DNA of 63,934 bases, the filler included, from Lenisia limosa (Eukaryota > Protista > Breviatea): the NCBI GenBank assembly GCA_001655205.1. It is 8 parts of 8 records of this genome, joined end to end, with 100 filler letters (N's around TTAATTAATTAA, not from the genome) between each part and the next. Parts side by side here need not be neighbours in the genome. Positions count along the whole stretch, not along the records: positions 11,357 to 26,439 come from LPNZ01008631.1; 7 more parts are not named here. One strand, given 5' to 3'. Of the stretch, positions 12,419 to 25,814 are shown one piece after another. The notes below the pieces were generated by a model that saw nothing but the letters and a program-made list of their open reading frames with translations, was not told the origin of the DNA and made no database searches. The position numbers and the translations under genes are program-made. The stretch's first letter is position 1. Each line of letters begins with the position of its first letter.

Positions 12419-15400
12419 TCACTCCACTTCCGCCTGGTCAAGAATGGAATTAAGCTTATCAGCTTGAGCTACTGCTTCCTCAGCAGCTTGTGTTTCAGAC
12501 GCTTCCTCAACTGCCGGGTTAGAGTATAGAATATTTCACCTCATCCAAAATAGATTCAAAACACTGTAGACCAGAAATTGTCATGAGTCTTGTTTATTTC
12601 GGATCTAAACCGCCCCCTACTAGTTTCAGCGATGATGCTATTGAGATATGACTCCACAGTGACATGATGCAGCCCCATGACTTCAACAAATAATCGATCA
12701 GCCTCCTTCCGCCTTCTCTCTTCCTCAGCTCGTCGCCCTAATAATGAAAAAAAAAAAAGTCATCAAAGAGAAAAACAGGTATTATAGGTAGTGAGAATAT
12801 ATGATATAGCAATGAGAAATCTAAAAATAAATAAGGTTATATCTGGCAATGAGAATAGCTGGCCAACCTCTTTCCTCCGCCTCTCGCATCCTCCTTGTTC
12901 TCTCAGCCAGCTTGACGATTGCAGCAAGCCGTCTCTGTTCACGTGCACGTACCAATTCGCGTGACAGATAATCCAGAGCCTCAGAAACTGCCGCTCCTAA
13001 GAAGTGAGGATCCGCCTTTGTTACGCGGTCCTACCTTGGACAGCCTCGGTTGCCGCGTTGACTGCAATTTCCTTCTGTCTCACTTGGTGCACCTTTTGGG
13101 GTAAATACGAGGGGAAGGTCTTAAATAAAATATTAAACACAAGCCCCTGCAAACGGCTTCCTCAACAACAGTTGCTCTTGCGACCTCGTCAGCCTTGAGA
13201 TCAAGGGTTCGCATCTCGTCCAAAAGGTCCATACTGAATTGTTAATACAGTAGTTTTATGATGGAGTTGGTCAGATTTACACCATTATAGCTCTTGACAA
13301 CAGAAATATCACATTTCGCTCACCGCTTTTCTTTTCCTTCGAACATTGCGTTTTGCACTGCACGGCCACGCAGCAGACGTTGGAGGAGAAGAACAGCTTG
13401 TTGACGCTGAAATGTTAAGGAACACTGGGCCTCAGCGCCATCCTTGTAACGTACTTTGTCAGCAGCAATATCAGCAGAATCCACGTTGGGAGTGGGGGGA
13501 CGCGGAGGTGGGCGTTTGATGAGATGCTTGTCCAACGGATCNNNNNNNNNNNNNNNNNNNNNNNNNNNNNNNNNNNNNNNNNNNNNNNNNNNNNNNNNNN
13601 NNNNNNNNNNNNNNNNNNNNNNNNNNNNNNNNNNNNNNNNNNNNNNNNNNNNNNNNNNNNNNNNNNNNNNNNNNNNNNNGGTGAGGAAAATATAAATGAT
13701 AAGATTAAATAATTGCAACATGATGATGTTAGCTTAAGGATATCCCTACATCTTTATTCCCAACCATAATATATTCATATCTAAATAGTACACTCAGATC
13801 AAATTAGAAGTGAAAGTAGGTAATATTATACTTGTACTCCCTACATTTGCTCTCTTCTCCTTCAGCTGCTTGTCAACTCTGTCCAACTGAGCCGCAAGGG
13901 CTCTCTCCTATGGTTGTGAGAAATCGCCTTCTTGTCTAACAAAGGAATGACCCAATATTCCAACAGTTTGGTATAGTGATTTCCTCCTTCCAAACAATAA
14001 TAACACTAGATTACATACACATTAGTCACGCTTGAGTTCGGTTTCGGTTCTCATTATAAGGTAATTAGACCCCATGGTACCTTCCTCTCCTTCGGCGTCT
14101 GAGCAGAACCCTTGAGAGCTGGGCGTTTGATTTTGGCACTAGTAACCGAACTTGACAGAGAACGTTCCAATTCGGCAAGTGCTAGGGGGGGGGGGNNNNN
14201 NNNNNNNNNNNNNNNNNNNNNNNNNNNNNNNNNNNNNNNNNNNNNNNNNNNNNNNNNNNNNNNNNNNNNNNNNNNNNNNNNNNNNNNNNNNNNNNNNNNN
14301 NNNNNNNNNNNNNNNNNNNNNNNNNNNNNNNNNNNNNNNNNNNNNNNNNNNNNNNNNNNNNGTTAAGGCAGAATTAAAAGAAATAAAAGAGTGAAAACAA
14401 AAATGCCTGATAAGAACAAAAAAACAATGCATACCTTGACCAGTGTTGATCTCAATTTTTGTGTGATGCAAAGAGAATTCCTTGTCACTCAAGCCGCCAG
14501 CACGGGGTTGGGGTGCGTAAACCTGCGGGGTTATTCCGGTCAATTAGACAAATATATTTCTCTTTACCTTAGAACCATAATTGGCATAATCTGACACAAT
14601 GTCTCTCTTCTTGGGGCCAAGATTAACCTCTTTTCTTTGTTCTCCAAGCTTTCGAAGTGCTGGGGGGGGGGGGGNNNNNNNNNNNNNNNNNNNNNNNNNN
14701 NNNNNNNNNNNNNNNNNNNNNNNNNNNNNNNNNNNNNNNNNNNNNNNNNNNNNNNNNNNNNNNNNNNNNNNNNNNNNNNNNNNNNNNNNNNNNNNNNNNN
14801 NNNNNNNNNNNNNNNNNNNNNNNNNNNNNNNNGAACTGTTAGGGCAATAACAACAAAATAACCCCTTTGTTAACCACCCATTCCTGATTGTACATTAGAA
14901 ATATGACCCCTTCAACTAACCGCACTATCCTACCTTTGATTCTTTTTCGCTGGATGTTTGCAAGAATGGCTTCTTTCTGCTCTGCCTTTTTCGTCCAAAT
15001 TTTCTGAAGCTTGACTGCGACTTCATCCTAAAGGGTGAACGGGTCGGGGGGTAAGACAATCTGGACATCCACTCACATCACGCTTCTCCATCTCTTTTCT
15101 CATAGTTTCTCTCATCATGTCGATGCGCTGGTCCTGAAGTCTGGTTTGTGAGAAACTGCCATACAAACAACATCCCTCCGTCGCCTTCTCACTCATTAAT
15201 TTCCTTCTCTCTATGCGCCCATTCTGCGAGATCTAGATCCTCAAGCATTTTCCGCCGTGCATCAAAGTCCTTTTCAGACTCGGCGGGCGGCAGGGAGGCT
15301 TCCCACTTTCCTGGACAGTCAGACTCGAACAACTGTAAGTTCAGCCATCGTTGATACCCACGTTTTAAGCGAGCCCTTTCGATCATTTCCACCTCTCGAA

Positions 15401-16564
15401 GCCCTGCTGGCAATCCTTGCTCTGGGGANNNNNNNNNNNNNNNNNNNNNNNNNNNNNNNNNNNNNNNNNNNNNNNNNNNNNNNNNNNNNNNNNNNNNNNN
15501 NNNNNNNNNNNNNNNNNNNNNNNNNNNNNNNCGCATGTCAGAACAAACTGGTGGCTAAAAGTAACAAAAAGGCCACAACTCATTCCGATTAGTCCATCCA
15601 CCCCCCGCCCCCTCCATTAAGAATATCCCCATACGGTGAGTGAGGTTCATAAGCGTGAGGATTTCAGGCTTATGCCCAGGGGGGACATAGTAGTCGGGAG
15701 TATAGGGGTCGGTTTGTGCGGACGAGTCTCTGAAGTCCGACTGAATGCCAACTGCGGTGTGAGTTTTCTCGGACAGCAAATACGGCAAAAGGGGCACTTG
15801 AATTCCCCTCCCCTCTCCAAAAAAGGGATATTCAAGCGTAACCATACTTGATGTGCTCTTTGGGACGGCGGTCTTTCGAATCGGAGCTGGAGCTGGGGCA
15901 GCCTTTTGGATGACACTAAGCGGGTTTAGTGGCTGTGGTGTATTGTATGCATTGCATTCAGCCATTACGCGCCAGGAGTGAGAAGCCACTCACATATCAG
16001 GCTGATGCGACGAATGGTAGGCCACAACAGGCCGGCGGAAATATGACGTACGGTCACGGCCAGACACCTCCGCAACCTGCCAGTGAACAATGGTTACCAA
16101 CAGAGAAGAACACAGTGCATGTATGAGAGAGCTTTGACACTGATTAGGGCGATAACGACAAAGGATGTGACCAAGTCCAATATAAGCAAGAGGAGTGGAA
16201 TGGTATACTACAACATCTGCAGGTTAGATGGAGAATAAATTGTAAATAATGTAGTATAGTTCCTAACATTAATCCCTCTCAGAGCAAGAATGACTTCTCT
16301 ATTACAACATAGACCCAACCTGTCTTCCTCGAGAAGGAGGGCGTAAGTGCAAAGGTAACGCCTTCTGTGCGGGATATTAATTCAACATGCATATTGGATT
16401 GACATACCACGCGGGGGTCGACATAGGCTGATCTAGAGAGCTGGGGTTGCCCAGATTGAGTAAAGAGTGGGTCTAGAATGGATAAGAGGCCGTTCAACAT
16501 TTATTTTACCATAAACTGCGTCGAAACGACGAGACTCCTGTACCGTTTGAGTCTTAGTTTTCAT
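12419..16564 (-). CDS. CFAP91: Cilia/flagella-associated protein 91 (radial-spoke associated, MAATS1)
   Basis: Spliced MKTKTQTVQESRRFDAVY|DPLFT, VSGRDRTSYFRRPVV, SSAQTDPYTPDYYVPPGHKPEILTLMNLT, GLPAGLREVEMIERAR, and the IQ-like AVLLLQRLLRGRAVQNAMFEGKEKR. Stop at 12419. Confidence 0.88.
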
Positions 16565-16895
16565 TTTTGCGCGTTATTTCATTATCAAGCTTATCTTCTG
16601 TTTCTCTTATTGATATATTTCATCAACCTGTGTTACACTACTTATATCCTTGAACAATTTAGTTATTTTTGCGCATGGGTAGTTTCAGGATGACCGAATT
16701 CTATTTTCTTTTTTGAAAAAAAATCCACGACGCCGGCGTAACTCTTTACACCCTTCTTTCACTAATATTTCCCGCTCTACATGAAGCCAGGGTGAAACCG
16801 CCAGATATACAAATCAGTCATCATGAATTCTGGACAATCGAAAAGAAACACTGTGTCCTCATGGCTAGTATACAAACAAATGGAAAACCTAGAAA

Positions 16896-19816
16896 TCAGA
16901 AGTTGGCACCACGCTGCTGCTGGGGTTGCTGCTGGGGCTGGGGATAGTATTGCTGCTGCTGTTGGTGGTAGGGAGGATAGTTCTTGAAATAGGGGTTGTT
17001 GCCCTTGTATTGGTTACCTAAGAAGTTAGATACTGCCAAGTTTGCTGTAAAAGAGTTAGTTCGTTCAGCCACAAACCGCGAGGTTGTTGCTGTTGCTGCT
17101 GCTGTTCGCGGAAGTCTCCACGCTCCTGTTTGCCCTTGCTGGAAAAGGTAAGATCCGTTTTTTCTCCCTTTTTCTCAGAACAGTGTTCAATTAATAACCA
17201 ATAACAAACCTAGGGGGGGCAATAGCGCCGTTGAAGTTCTCCTGAGGCTCATGTTGGGGGGATTGCTCGTATCCTCCCTCGTAGGGCTGTTGCTGGTGCT
17301 GGTAGAAGCGGCTGAATGGTTANNNNNNNNNNNNNNNNNNNNNNNNNNNNNNNNNNNNNNNNNNNNNNNNNNNNNNNNNNNNNNNNNNNNNNNNNNNNNN
17401 NNNNNNNNNNNNNNNNNNNNNNNNNNNNNNNNNNNNNGCTGGTTGAACTGATTGGGGTAGGAGTTGTAGGAGTGGGGAGGGAAGGGCGAGTAGTAAGGCA
17501 TCATCTGAGGCTGGAAAAGTCAGTAAATGTTTGGACTTGATGAAAAGAAGTTCAAGGAAGAAGCTTACGAAGCCATGAGAAGAGTCGCTGGGCATATGCT
17601 CTTGGTCACCCACTAAAGAGTTAGAACAATAGAAATGATAGGCAAGTAGTCGAATAGGTCCAATAACTGTAAAGAGCCATAAGTCTGTGACACTGCCCCT
17701 CACTGAAATGGCTGGGTTGCTGTCCTTGCTGCTCGGCAGGCACGGCGGCGGCCTCAGCAGGAACCACACCGGGCTGGGGGGAGGTGCTGACAGGGGCCTC
17801 GGCGCGCTGGAGGAGGCTAACTTGCTCCTGAAGGGCGGAGATGCGTTCCTGGCTCTTGTGGATGATCTCGGATTGCTTGCTGACGAGCTCGGCCTGTTTG
17901 TTGACCTGTTCGCGCTGCTTCTGGTACTCGTCTTCGAGCACACGATATTTGTTTTCGAGCTCGGCAATGTACTAAAGGGTCAGATCAAATGCTGGAAACT
18001 GCATAGTCATAATCTACGAAGGCCAAAGACGCACCTGGGTTCTCTCCTCTGACACCTTCTGGAGGGAGGCCATGTTTTCGGCCTCCTTAGCGGCAGCTTC
18101 AGCTTGGGCGGCCTGCTTGGATTAGATCAAAAGATCAACAAAGAGAATACATAGTTGCTGCCACCCTCTCTCACAGCGAGAGCCTCAGCCTGCGCACGAG
18201 CTTGCTCCTCAAGGGCCTGCTCCTCAATGAGTCTCTGTTCGGCCTCAGCGGCGGCGCGACGTTCCTCCTCGACACGTGCTGAAGAGTGAGTTGGACCAAC
18301 TTCAAACCAAAGACTCACCCTCCTCCTCAAGGCGCTTCTGCTCGTCAATCATAGCCTGTTGCATGGCTTGCTCCTCGGCGAGACGGGCCTCCTCAGCAAC
18401 ACGAAGAGCCTCCTGTTGGGCCTCGTAGACAGCTTGTTCAGCCTCACGAGCTTCTCTCTCAACACGGGCGGCCTCCTCAGCCTCAGCGGCCTCAATTTCA
18501 GCCTGCCAAGTTAGAAAGGACGAAGGGCTGTAATTTATATCCCAAGACAAACCTGGCGTTGGGCTTCAGCCTCAGCCTCAGAAGCGGCGATAGCGGCAGC
18601 CTGGAAGGTGAGACTCTGGTTTGAAATGCCACATAGGGCATCACTTCAGGTCGAAAAAGTACCAGAAAATATCAATATTTGTTTCTGATTAGAGGAAAAT
18701 TTAGTCTCAGATAGGCTCTAGTCAGGTGGCACCAACCTCAGCAGCGTCAGCAGCTGCCTGGATGTCCTCGGCTGGGGTGTCCCAGCTGTCGCCGGCGGCC
18801 ATGTCGAAGGAGTCTGTGTAAGTGGGCTGTTCAATCACCTCGGGTTCGACAGCTTTGGTGGCTTCGCGAGAAATCTGAGCAAGAGTCTTCTTTCCGGCCC
18901 AGGCACCCTGTAAAGATAAGACTGAATGAGGGGAGGGGAAGTGTAAGACTGAATGCGAGGGATACACACCTGAAGGGTGGGTCCAGCAGGGGCGGGAGCG
19001 GCAACAGGGGCAGGGGCTACCTCAGGGGTGGCTTCTGCCTCAGTCCAGGTGCTGGTCTGTTNNNNNNNNNNNNNNNNNNNNNNCATTCAATGAAGTGAAG
19101 AGCAAAAAGATGCAAGGCTCCATGAAATCCTTTAAATTAACACCCCTCAAACTGATTATCGCGACGTTCGCGGTTAGGGCGCTCAGTACGTTCGCGATCA
19201 TTGCGACTACGGCCAGTATTGCGTCTCTCTGAGCGCTCGGGGCGATCATTGTTCTCAAAAGTACGAGTACTGCGTTCACGACGGCCAAAGTTCTCAGAAG
19301 AGCTACCCTGAGAAGATGAAAAAAACTCAAGGTTGTCAAAACCTACAAATCCAGAACTTTTGAAGCCACCACGAGTGTTCTTAACCTGCTTGGCCTTCTT
19401 CTTTCCACCCTGCCATTCAGAGGGGATAGGAGCACCTGAAAAAAGTGATTTACGCCCATAAAACCTTGCTCCCATCAATTAAGTATCCAATTCTTACCAT
19501 TTGCAACCTCAGCAACAACCTTCTCGACATTCCAACTGTAGGTCACCAAGAGTTCTTGAGACTGGTCCTTTGAGATTTCCAGGCCATCAGCGGCAAGGAA
19601 ATTCTACAAAAGAGTCAAAACAACTCCACCAAGAAAAAAAAAATGAAGAGCAACGCCGCAAACCTGGAGGTCTTCGACCTTAGTTCTCTGCTTAGGGTTC
19701 AGCTTTTCGAAAACCTTTACAGATACAGCCTTTTCGGTCTGAGAGTCTGATACGTTGAAGTGAGTGGCATTGTAAATAGCCTGTTGATCATGTTGAGGCG
19801 CCATCTTTCCTGGCAT
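16896..19816 (-). CDS. Protein with N-terminal CUE/UBA-like domain, Ala/Glu coiled coil and Q/N/Y/P-rich C-terminus (Def1/UBAP2-like architecture)
   Basis: ISKDQSQELLVTYSWNVEKVVAE followed by WQGGKKKAK, an RG/RE-rich region, the EAEEAARVEREAREAEQ coil and the terminal QQQQQYYPQPQQQPQQRGANF*. Family assignment is inferred from architecture only. Confidence 0.55.
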
Positions 19817-20041
19817 GGATAGATAACCTTTCACCACAGAGAATTGATTTTAGTGAATGCTCTACATAAATATTGAACTGAACTATCGACAAATTTCGAA
19901 ATATATCGAGGCTTTTTTGTCAAAATTGTTTTTATTCGTTTTCACTTGTGTTAGAAGTGGCATATACTTTATTATTATTAATTATACTTAAACAGAATCG
20001 GTTGCTCTTGTTTTTTTGTTTCACATAATTCACATTTCATT

Positions 20042-21474
20042 ATGGTGAGTATCCTGCAATCCAGGTTCATATTAATTTAATATAGGCAGATAAAGGTGCG
20101 TTAAAACCAACCACGGTGAAAGAAGCGATAAAACATTGGGTATTTGGGCGAAACTTTTCCGTTTGGTCGACAATTGACCTTTCTACCCTGCTCCTATTTG
20201 TAAAAATAATCTAATAACTGTTTATCCTACAGGAGGAGAAGAATGGCCAGAAGGCGAGTGAAGCACAGCATGTTTCCTTGATCAACCAATTCCCACCAAT
20301 AGAGAAAATGGACGCATCATTGGCATCCCTCATAAATTGCGAGTATGTTAATTAACTTTTTACTGTTAGGCCTGGCTATTGTGTGAATTGTATTTTGCTA
20401 TTCTCTCTAACCTGTTAAGGAAGCTCTCACTTTCAACAAACGCTATTGAGAAGATATCTAATCTTAGCGGACTCCGTAAGAGGAATGTAGTTGATGATAA
20501 GCCTTTTCTATTTGTTTTGAGCATAGCTTATATACTTTTAGAGAGGTTAAAAACGCTAAGCATTGGTAGAAACAACCTGAAAAAACTTGAACAGCTTGAG
20601 CCTGTAGCCGATACTTTGGAGCAACTCTGGTGCTCATACAATAATGTTGAAAAGCTAAATGGTGTCCAGGTATGATGGCTTGGCAAGTGCCGCGGTTTTT
20701 TTTTTGCAGGTAAAACATAACATATGTACATGGATATGTCATGTTTTTATGTTTACATATATACAGTGACCGGGATAAGTGTTGACCTATTTTCCTTGTG
20801 AAATCAAATAGCAAGTCGGTCAAGACTTATCCCGGTCACTGTATCTATAGTTGACCGAGATATTATAATGAAGATCATTTTTCTGTCGTTGTACTTTTGA
20901 CTTGGGGTATAAAAAATGGTATTTAGGGTTTGTTGTTATTTTCTTGATGGTGTTATTTTGAAGCATTCTCACCCACATAGTGCCTGAAAAAGCTGAAGAT
21001 TCTCTACATGTCAAATAACAAAGTCAAGGACTGGGCTGAAGTTGAGAAACTGGTTAGAGGTGGCGACGAGTCGTATCTAAATGTATATGATGTGGTAGAT
21101 CTGCTAACGGCTTAGAGCGACTTGACCCACCTGCAAGAACTTCAACTTTTCAACAACCCGATTGAGTTGAAGCACAGAGAGGATGGAACGTACCGAACTG
21201 AGGTGAGATGGTTTGGTCACAAACACAAACTCTGTTGTAATCAAAAGTCACTACATCTAAATAATAACAGATGAATAATGCTCCAGTTGTTTTGGGCTTC
21301 TTTGGCTCCAGTGATATTTCCCCTTGCCTTTTTCGAACATAGAGTTATCCAGGAGTCCTAATGTAGCAGGTGCTGCGCCGACTGCCGCAGCTGCATAAGC
21401 TGGACGGAGTGGTGGTGGAGGATGACGAGAGGCCAGGAAGAAACTCCGTATCCGTGGCGGATTCAAGGTCTTAG
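20042..21474 (+). CDS. DNAL1: Axonemal outer-arm dynein light chain 1 (LC1, LRR protein)
   Basis: Spliced M|[18 protein letters not shown]|[32 protein letters not shown]|[64 protein letters not shown]. Confidence 0.95.
20764..20841. mobile_element. 78-bp Tc1/mariner-type MITE in a DNAL1 intron
   Basis: About 24-bp terminal inverted repeats CAGTGACCGGGATAAGT(G/C)TTGACC with one mismatch, flanked by TA on both sides. Confidence 0.75.
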
Positions 21475-21688
21475 GTTATGTATTCAATTCATGACCCTTT
21501 GTAGATAGAAATTCCTTCATAGAATACACATAACACCTAAAGTACAAACCAATAGCACTCCTTGTAACATCAGACACAAAACCCTTACAAACTATTTCTA
21601 AACCGTTTCATCGAAGAAATGACAGACTCTGAACTAAAAATGTGAAATACTGTCACAAGAATCACTGATTATAAATGAATAAGCCCCC

Positions 21689-24600
21689 TTACGTGACACT
21701 TTTCTTCGTTGAGCAGTCAAACTCGAGCATCACTGGGGAATCAAAGGAGTACTTTCTGAGGTTCAACGTCAGCGCAAATTGATTTCGGAAAGTTGAAGGG
21801 GATTTGCCGATTGGAGGCGTATACTGCAGCTTGCTTCCGATTGAAAGGGCTCGGCTCGGAGGAGGCGACCGGGACAACAGGCGACCTCCTTGGTTTCGAC
21901 GCTTTTTGGCATTCTTCTGACGCGGCCGGACTAACTGCATAGAATATGCTCGTTTGTCCTGAGTTGTCAGAAAGAGTAGAAACAATAGAGGTGGTTCTTC
22001 ACTTCAGTATCGAAAGGAGTAATCAAGAATAATACACTTATGGCATTTCTAAACAATACGCAGTAAGGTTCATCTCAATCTATGTATTATTGATAGAAAG
22101 AACCAAACCTCAAATCAACACAGACCCACACATACTCCAATAAATTGGCGATGCATAGACGCGTCCATGATGGGAGGAATAGGAGGGAGAGGGGGGTACG
22201 CTGTAATAGTGTTAATAGAAAACCTACAAGAGCACCTTACGTGGGACAGTTCTAAGCATGTTTGTGAAGTTCTTCATCAGATCTTTAGGGTCCTTAGAGT
22301 CAAGTTTGAAGCCCTCCATATTGGGGGAAGGCACGGGAAAGGGAAGCATGGGCACCATAAACGGCGGAAGGCTGATGGGGGGCGCGGACTTCGGCGGCTG
22401 AAGTGTAAATAAGAAGCCCTGAATCAAGAAAACAAACCAAAAGAGAGAAGCTACCCGCCTCTTGCACATTGGAAACGTCCTGAAGTTGGCTATATGGAGG
22501 TGGCTCGGTTTTCATCTTTGGAGGGGATAATGATAATGTCGCAGTGGCAGGCTTCTTGAGGTCTCGAGGATGGAAGGGCGAAGCTTCTCGAAGGAAGTCT
22601 TTGGGCACTGTCGCGAATACTGTCGAGGGTGACGTTCCTCGGGTTGGCGTGCCGGGAATAGGAGGGCTTTGGATGGGTTCTCCAGTGCCAGCAATCTAAA
22701 ACATGAGGATAAATAGCACCATCAACAACGCCACATGAAGAGTTACATACAATCATATAATTACATATGACTAAATGTAAAAAGGAAGTATCTGACCGAA
22801 ACCCTCCCCACCATCACACTTATAAGAGATATTGGAGTAAAATACTAATTCAGCCAAGCATTTTAATATGAAGAGTTACACCTATGGAATACAATCCAAC
22901 ATGTCCAACCTCTGTTTGCTTCAGGTCGAATGTGGATAGAAACGAAGATGGAATTTCAGAGAGCAATGGTGTGCCGTAAGGCGGTGAGCGTGATGAGCGG
23001 GCGTTGGCGTCGGATACAGAGTCTTGTGTTTCGTACTGCTCTTCCGACAGGGGGAGGTCAGCATGTTGTTCAGCTTTTACGGCGAGGATGGCTGACTGGT
23101 GATGCTCGGAGGGATCGTCAACTGCATTGTCGTCAGACGCAGCACTGGAATTTGGGATTGTGGGGGGAGGGGAAGTAGGCGGAACGGAGGAGGAGATGGA
23201 CGATGATGGAGTGAGGAGGTGTTCACGGGTTTCGGATTGTTTGCTGTTAGTGGGCAAATCAGGTACATCTTGAGAAGGCAATAAAGAGGGAGATGTTTCT
23301 CCATTTGGCAAGTCGGACCGAGTCACAGTTGAAGCCAACTCTGGTGGCGGGGTTGGGAGGGACGGCAGGGCAGCTAGAACAGGGTCTTGGGTCTTGGTTG
23401 CATCTTGCACTGCGTCTGATGTCTTAGTGGGTTCAGGGGACTTCGACTTCGGCGGTTGGGGTGGCGGCGGGACAGACGGTTTGGATGCAAGGGACGCTTC
23501 AAGTTTCTTTTGATGGATGGTGTCGAAAATGGATCTGAAGAACGCGGGGGTGTTTACATAAACCAGGGCCTGTTTACTAGCCCACATGATGGCGGCGGGG
23601 CGTTGTGAATCCGAGCGGTCTTGGGGAGGGAGAGAAGTGAAGATAAGATGCATTCTCTCGAAGAAGAGCTTCAGAAGAACGAAATTGTCTACCATTACGG
23701 GTGACAAAGGCTGCTTGGAAAGGAACCGCAGTGCATGCAGCTTGTAGATTGGGTCGAGATCGGAGTCAATCACAGCAAAGAGCTCACGCATGTTGCTGGT
23801 TGCTGACATGGCAACGGGTAAAGCTTTGGAACGCTGCCGGCGGATTTCATGCATAACAATATAGAGCCGTCTCTGGAAATCTGGACCGGTATTTGGAGGG
23901 ATCTGGTTGGTTGTCTTCTTAACCTTCGGCGTGCGTTTCACAATAGAAGCATTATTGACCGTCGGCTTCTTCACAGCGCGGGTAACAGAGGCGTCTGCTT
24001 GACGGGGGCGTTTGGCGTCCGCAACGCCGTTGTCAAAGGGAACGCGTGTCTGGTTCTGCTTTCGGGCTAAAGAGGCCTCACGTAACTCAGCAGTGACCTG
24101 GGCGACAATCTGCCGTTGTGATTCAGGTAGGGACTCCAGTAACTCTTCAATCTTCTGAGCCACAGAATCATCTCCATCAACCGTGTCTGTGGCTTGGATC
24201 TTCCCCGGTCCGGCCCGTCTCCGTCTCCGCCTCTTCCGTTTCTGATCATCGTCGGAGAGCGACGAGTAGCCGGCTGAACGCGTTTCATCGTCACCAGAGG
24301 AGTCTTCCGAGAGCATATCCAGAAGATTGAGGACTTCCTGTACAGACACTGGAGGGCCATCGTCAGGCCGTGCGCGGTAATCAAGAGGAGTGGCACGAGG
24401 GGGTAGGATGCCGTCACCACGGATAATGGCGGCCGATTTACGGCGGCGCATTCTATCTAAAGTTGGTGCCAAAACATCGCCTCGTGGGATTGTAGGCTGC
24501 AATGGTAAGGATAGTGTCGAATTGCAGTCAATAATTGATACTATGATAAATCAAGAGAAGATACTATTAAAATTGACTTTTATGAGACACGATAAAATCA

Positions 24601-25404
24601 GCTTTAATCGCCTCCAACAATAAACTGCGTATAAGAATTCGAATCTTCAATGGGGGTGTGTGGTTTGCAATCCGAGACTAAACTGTGAATCCCCGAAAAT
24701 AAAAAAACAAAAAAACACCAATTCAATACTCTTCAAATGCAAATAATGAATAGAGCATCTTTTATGCTGTTTTCTCTTTTAGCCTCCAAGTACTGAGCTA
24801 TGCTAATGCACAAAACACACTTTAAACTTTATAAACGTTACAGTGGCTAACATACCACTGGGCAACACATCATCAATTTTGGAGAGAAGGGCACCAAGTG
24901 TCGGGTCAACACCTATGACCGATTACACAAAGATTCTCACACAAATCTGCAACACTCTATCTCGGCAGACAAACCGTGGAGAGAATCTGGGGAGGCTATA
25001 GAAGGGGGCAAGTCGTCTGAGAAGAACGAGAGGGCAGATGTGGCAGTACATGAAGGAGATGGTCCGACCGCAGGCGCAATTGACTTGACAGAAGCAAGGC
25101 ATTCGGTTGCGGCTTCAGAAGAATTCGCTGAATTCTCAAGACAGTACTAAAAGGGTAAATAGGGTAAATATGCTGAAATGAAAAAAGGAGGAATAAAAGG
25201 ATGGCTGGGCACAGTGAAACAGATATTACCCATGATAGAAAGAAGAATTGGGCCTGTAGAGAGGAAGGAAAAATCTCTCACCTGATCAACTTTGTTCCAG
25301 TCGACATGCTGAGGACGAGGTTTTGATTCTACATCTTCTGGGGGGGGAGGCAGGTCTTTTAAAGAAAGAAGAGCCTGAGCAACAGGGCTCATTGAGCTGG
25401 ACAT
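21689..25404 (-). CDS. Large uncharacterised Pro/Ser-rich, probably nuclear protein (multi-exon, includes the 550-aa ORF at 22850-24502)
   Basis: MSSSMSPVAQALLSLKDLPPPP start. The 550-aa ORF begins at an acceptor (cattgcag|CCT) and can splice in phase 0 to IAGTGEPIQSPP (22698). Basic NLS-like QKRKRRRRRR; helical central region. Joining into one gene is inferred. Confidence 0.55.
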
Positions 25405-25814
25405 TGCTATTCACAAGTAGTGGTGATAGAGCTACATCTGAAGGGGGGTCTGTCAACTGAAGGGAAATAGCTTTATGGGGAAGTAGGGTTTGTGTAAAAG
25501 CTGAAGTGCTGTTGAAGGTAAGGTAGGAGTGGCTCACAGTCGAGAATACGAAGAAAATACCGTTCGGGATAAGAAAGAGTCTTTTTGCAAGTCAAGAATT
25601 AGTCAAATAATAATAATATAACGTCAGGAAGTTCTATTTTCAAGAGGAGTGGCTTGAACAGAAGAAACCATAAAGGCAATGCCGGCGGCGCAGTTTCTTT
25701 CTTCTGCAAATAAATTGAATAATGATCTTTTTTATTAAGGCTAGGACCTATCAATAAAATGAGTTGAAAAAGATATATGCAGTACACATTCAGATATATA
25801 ACAACATATACACC

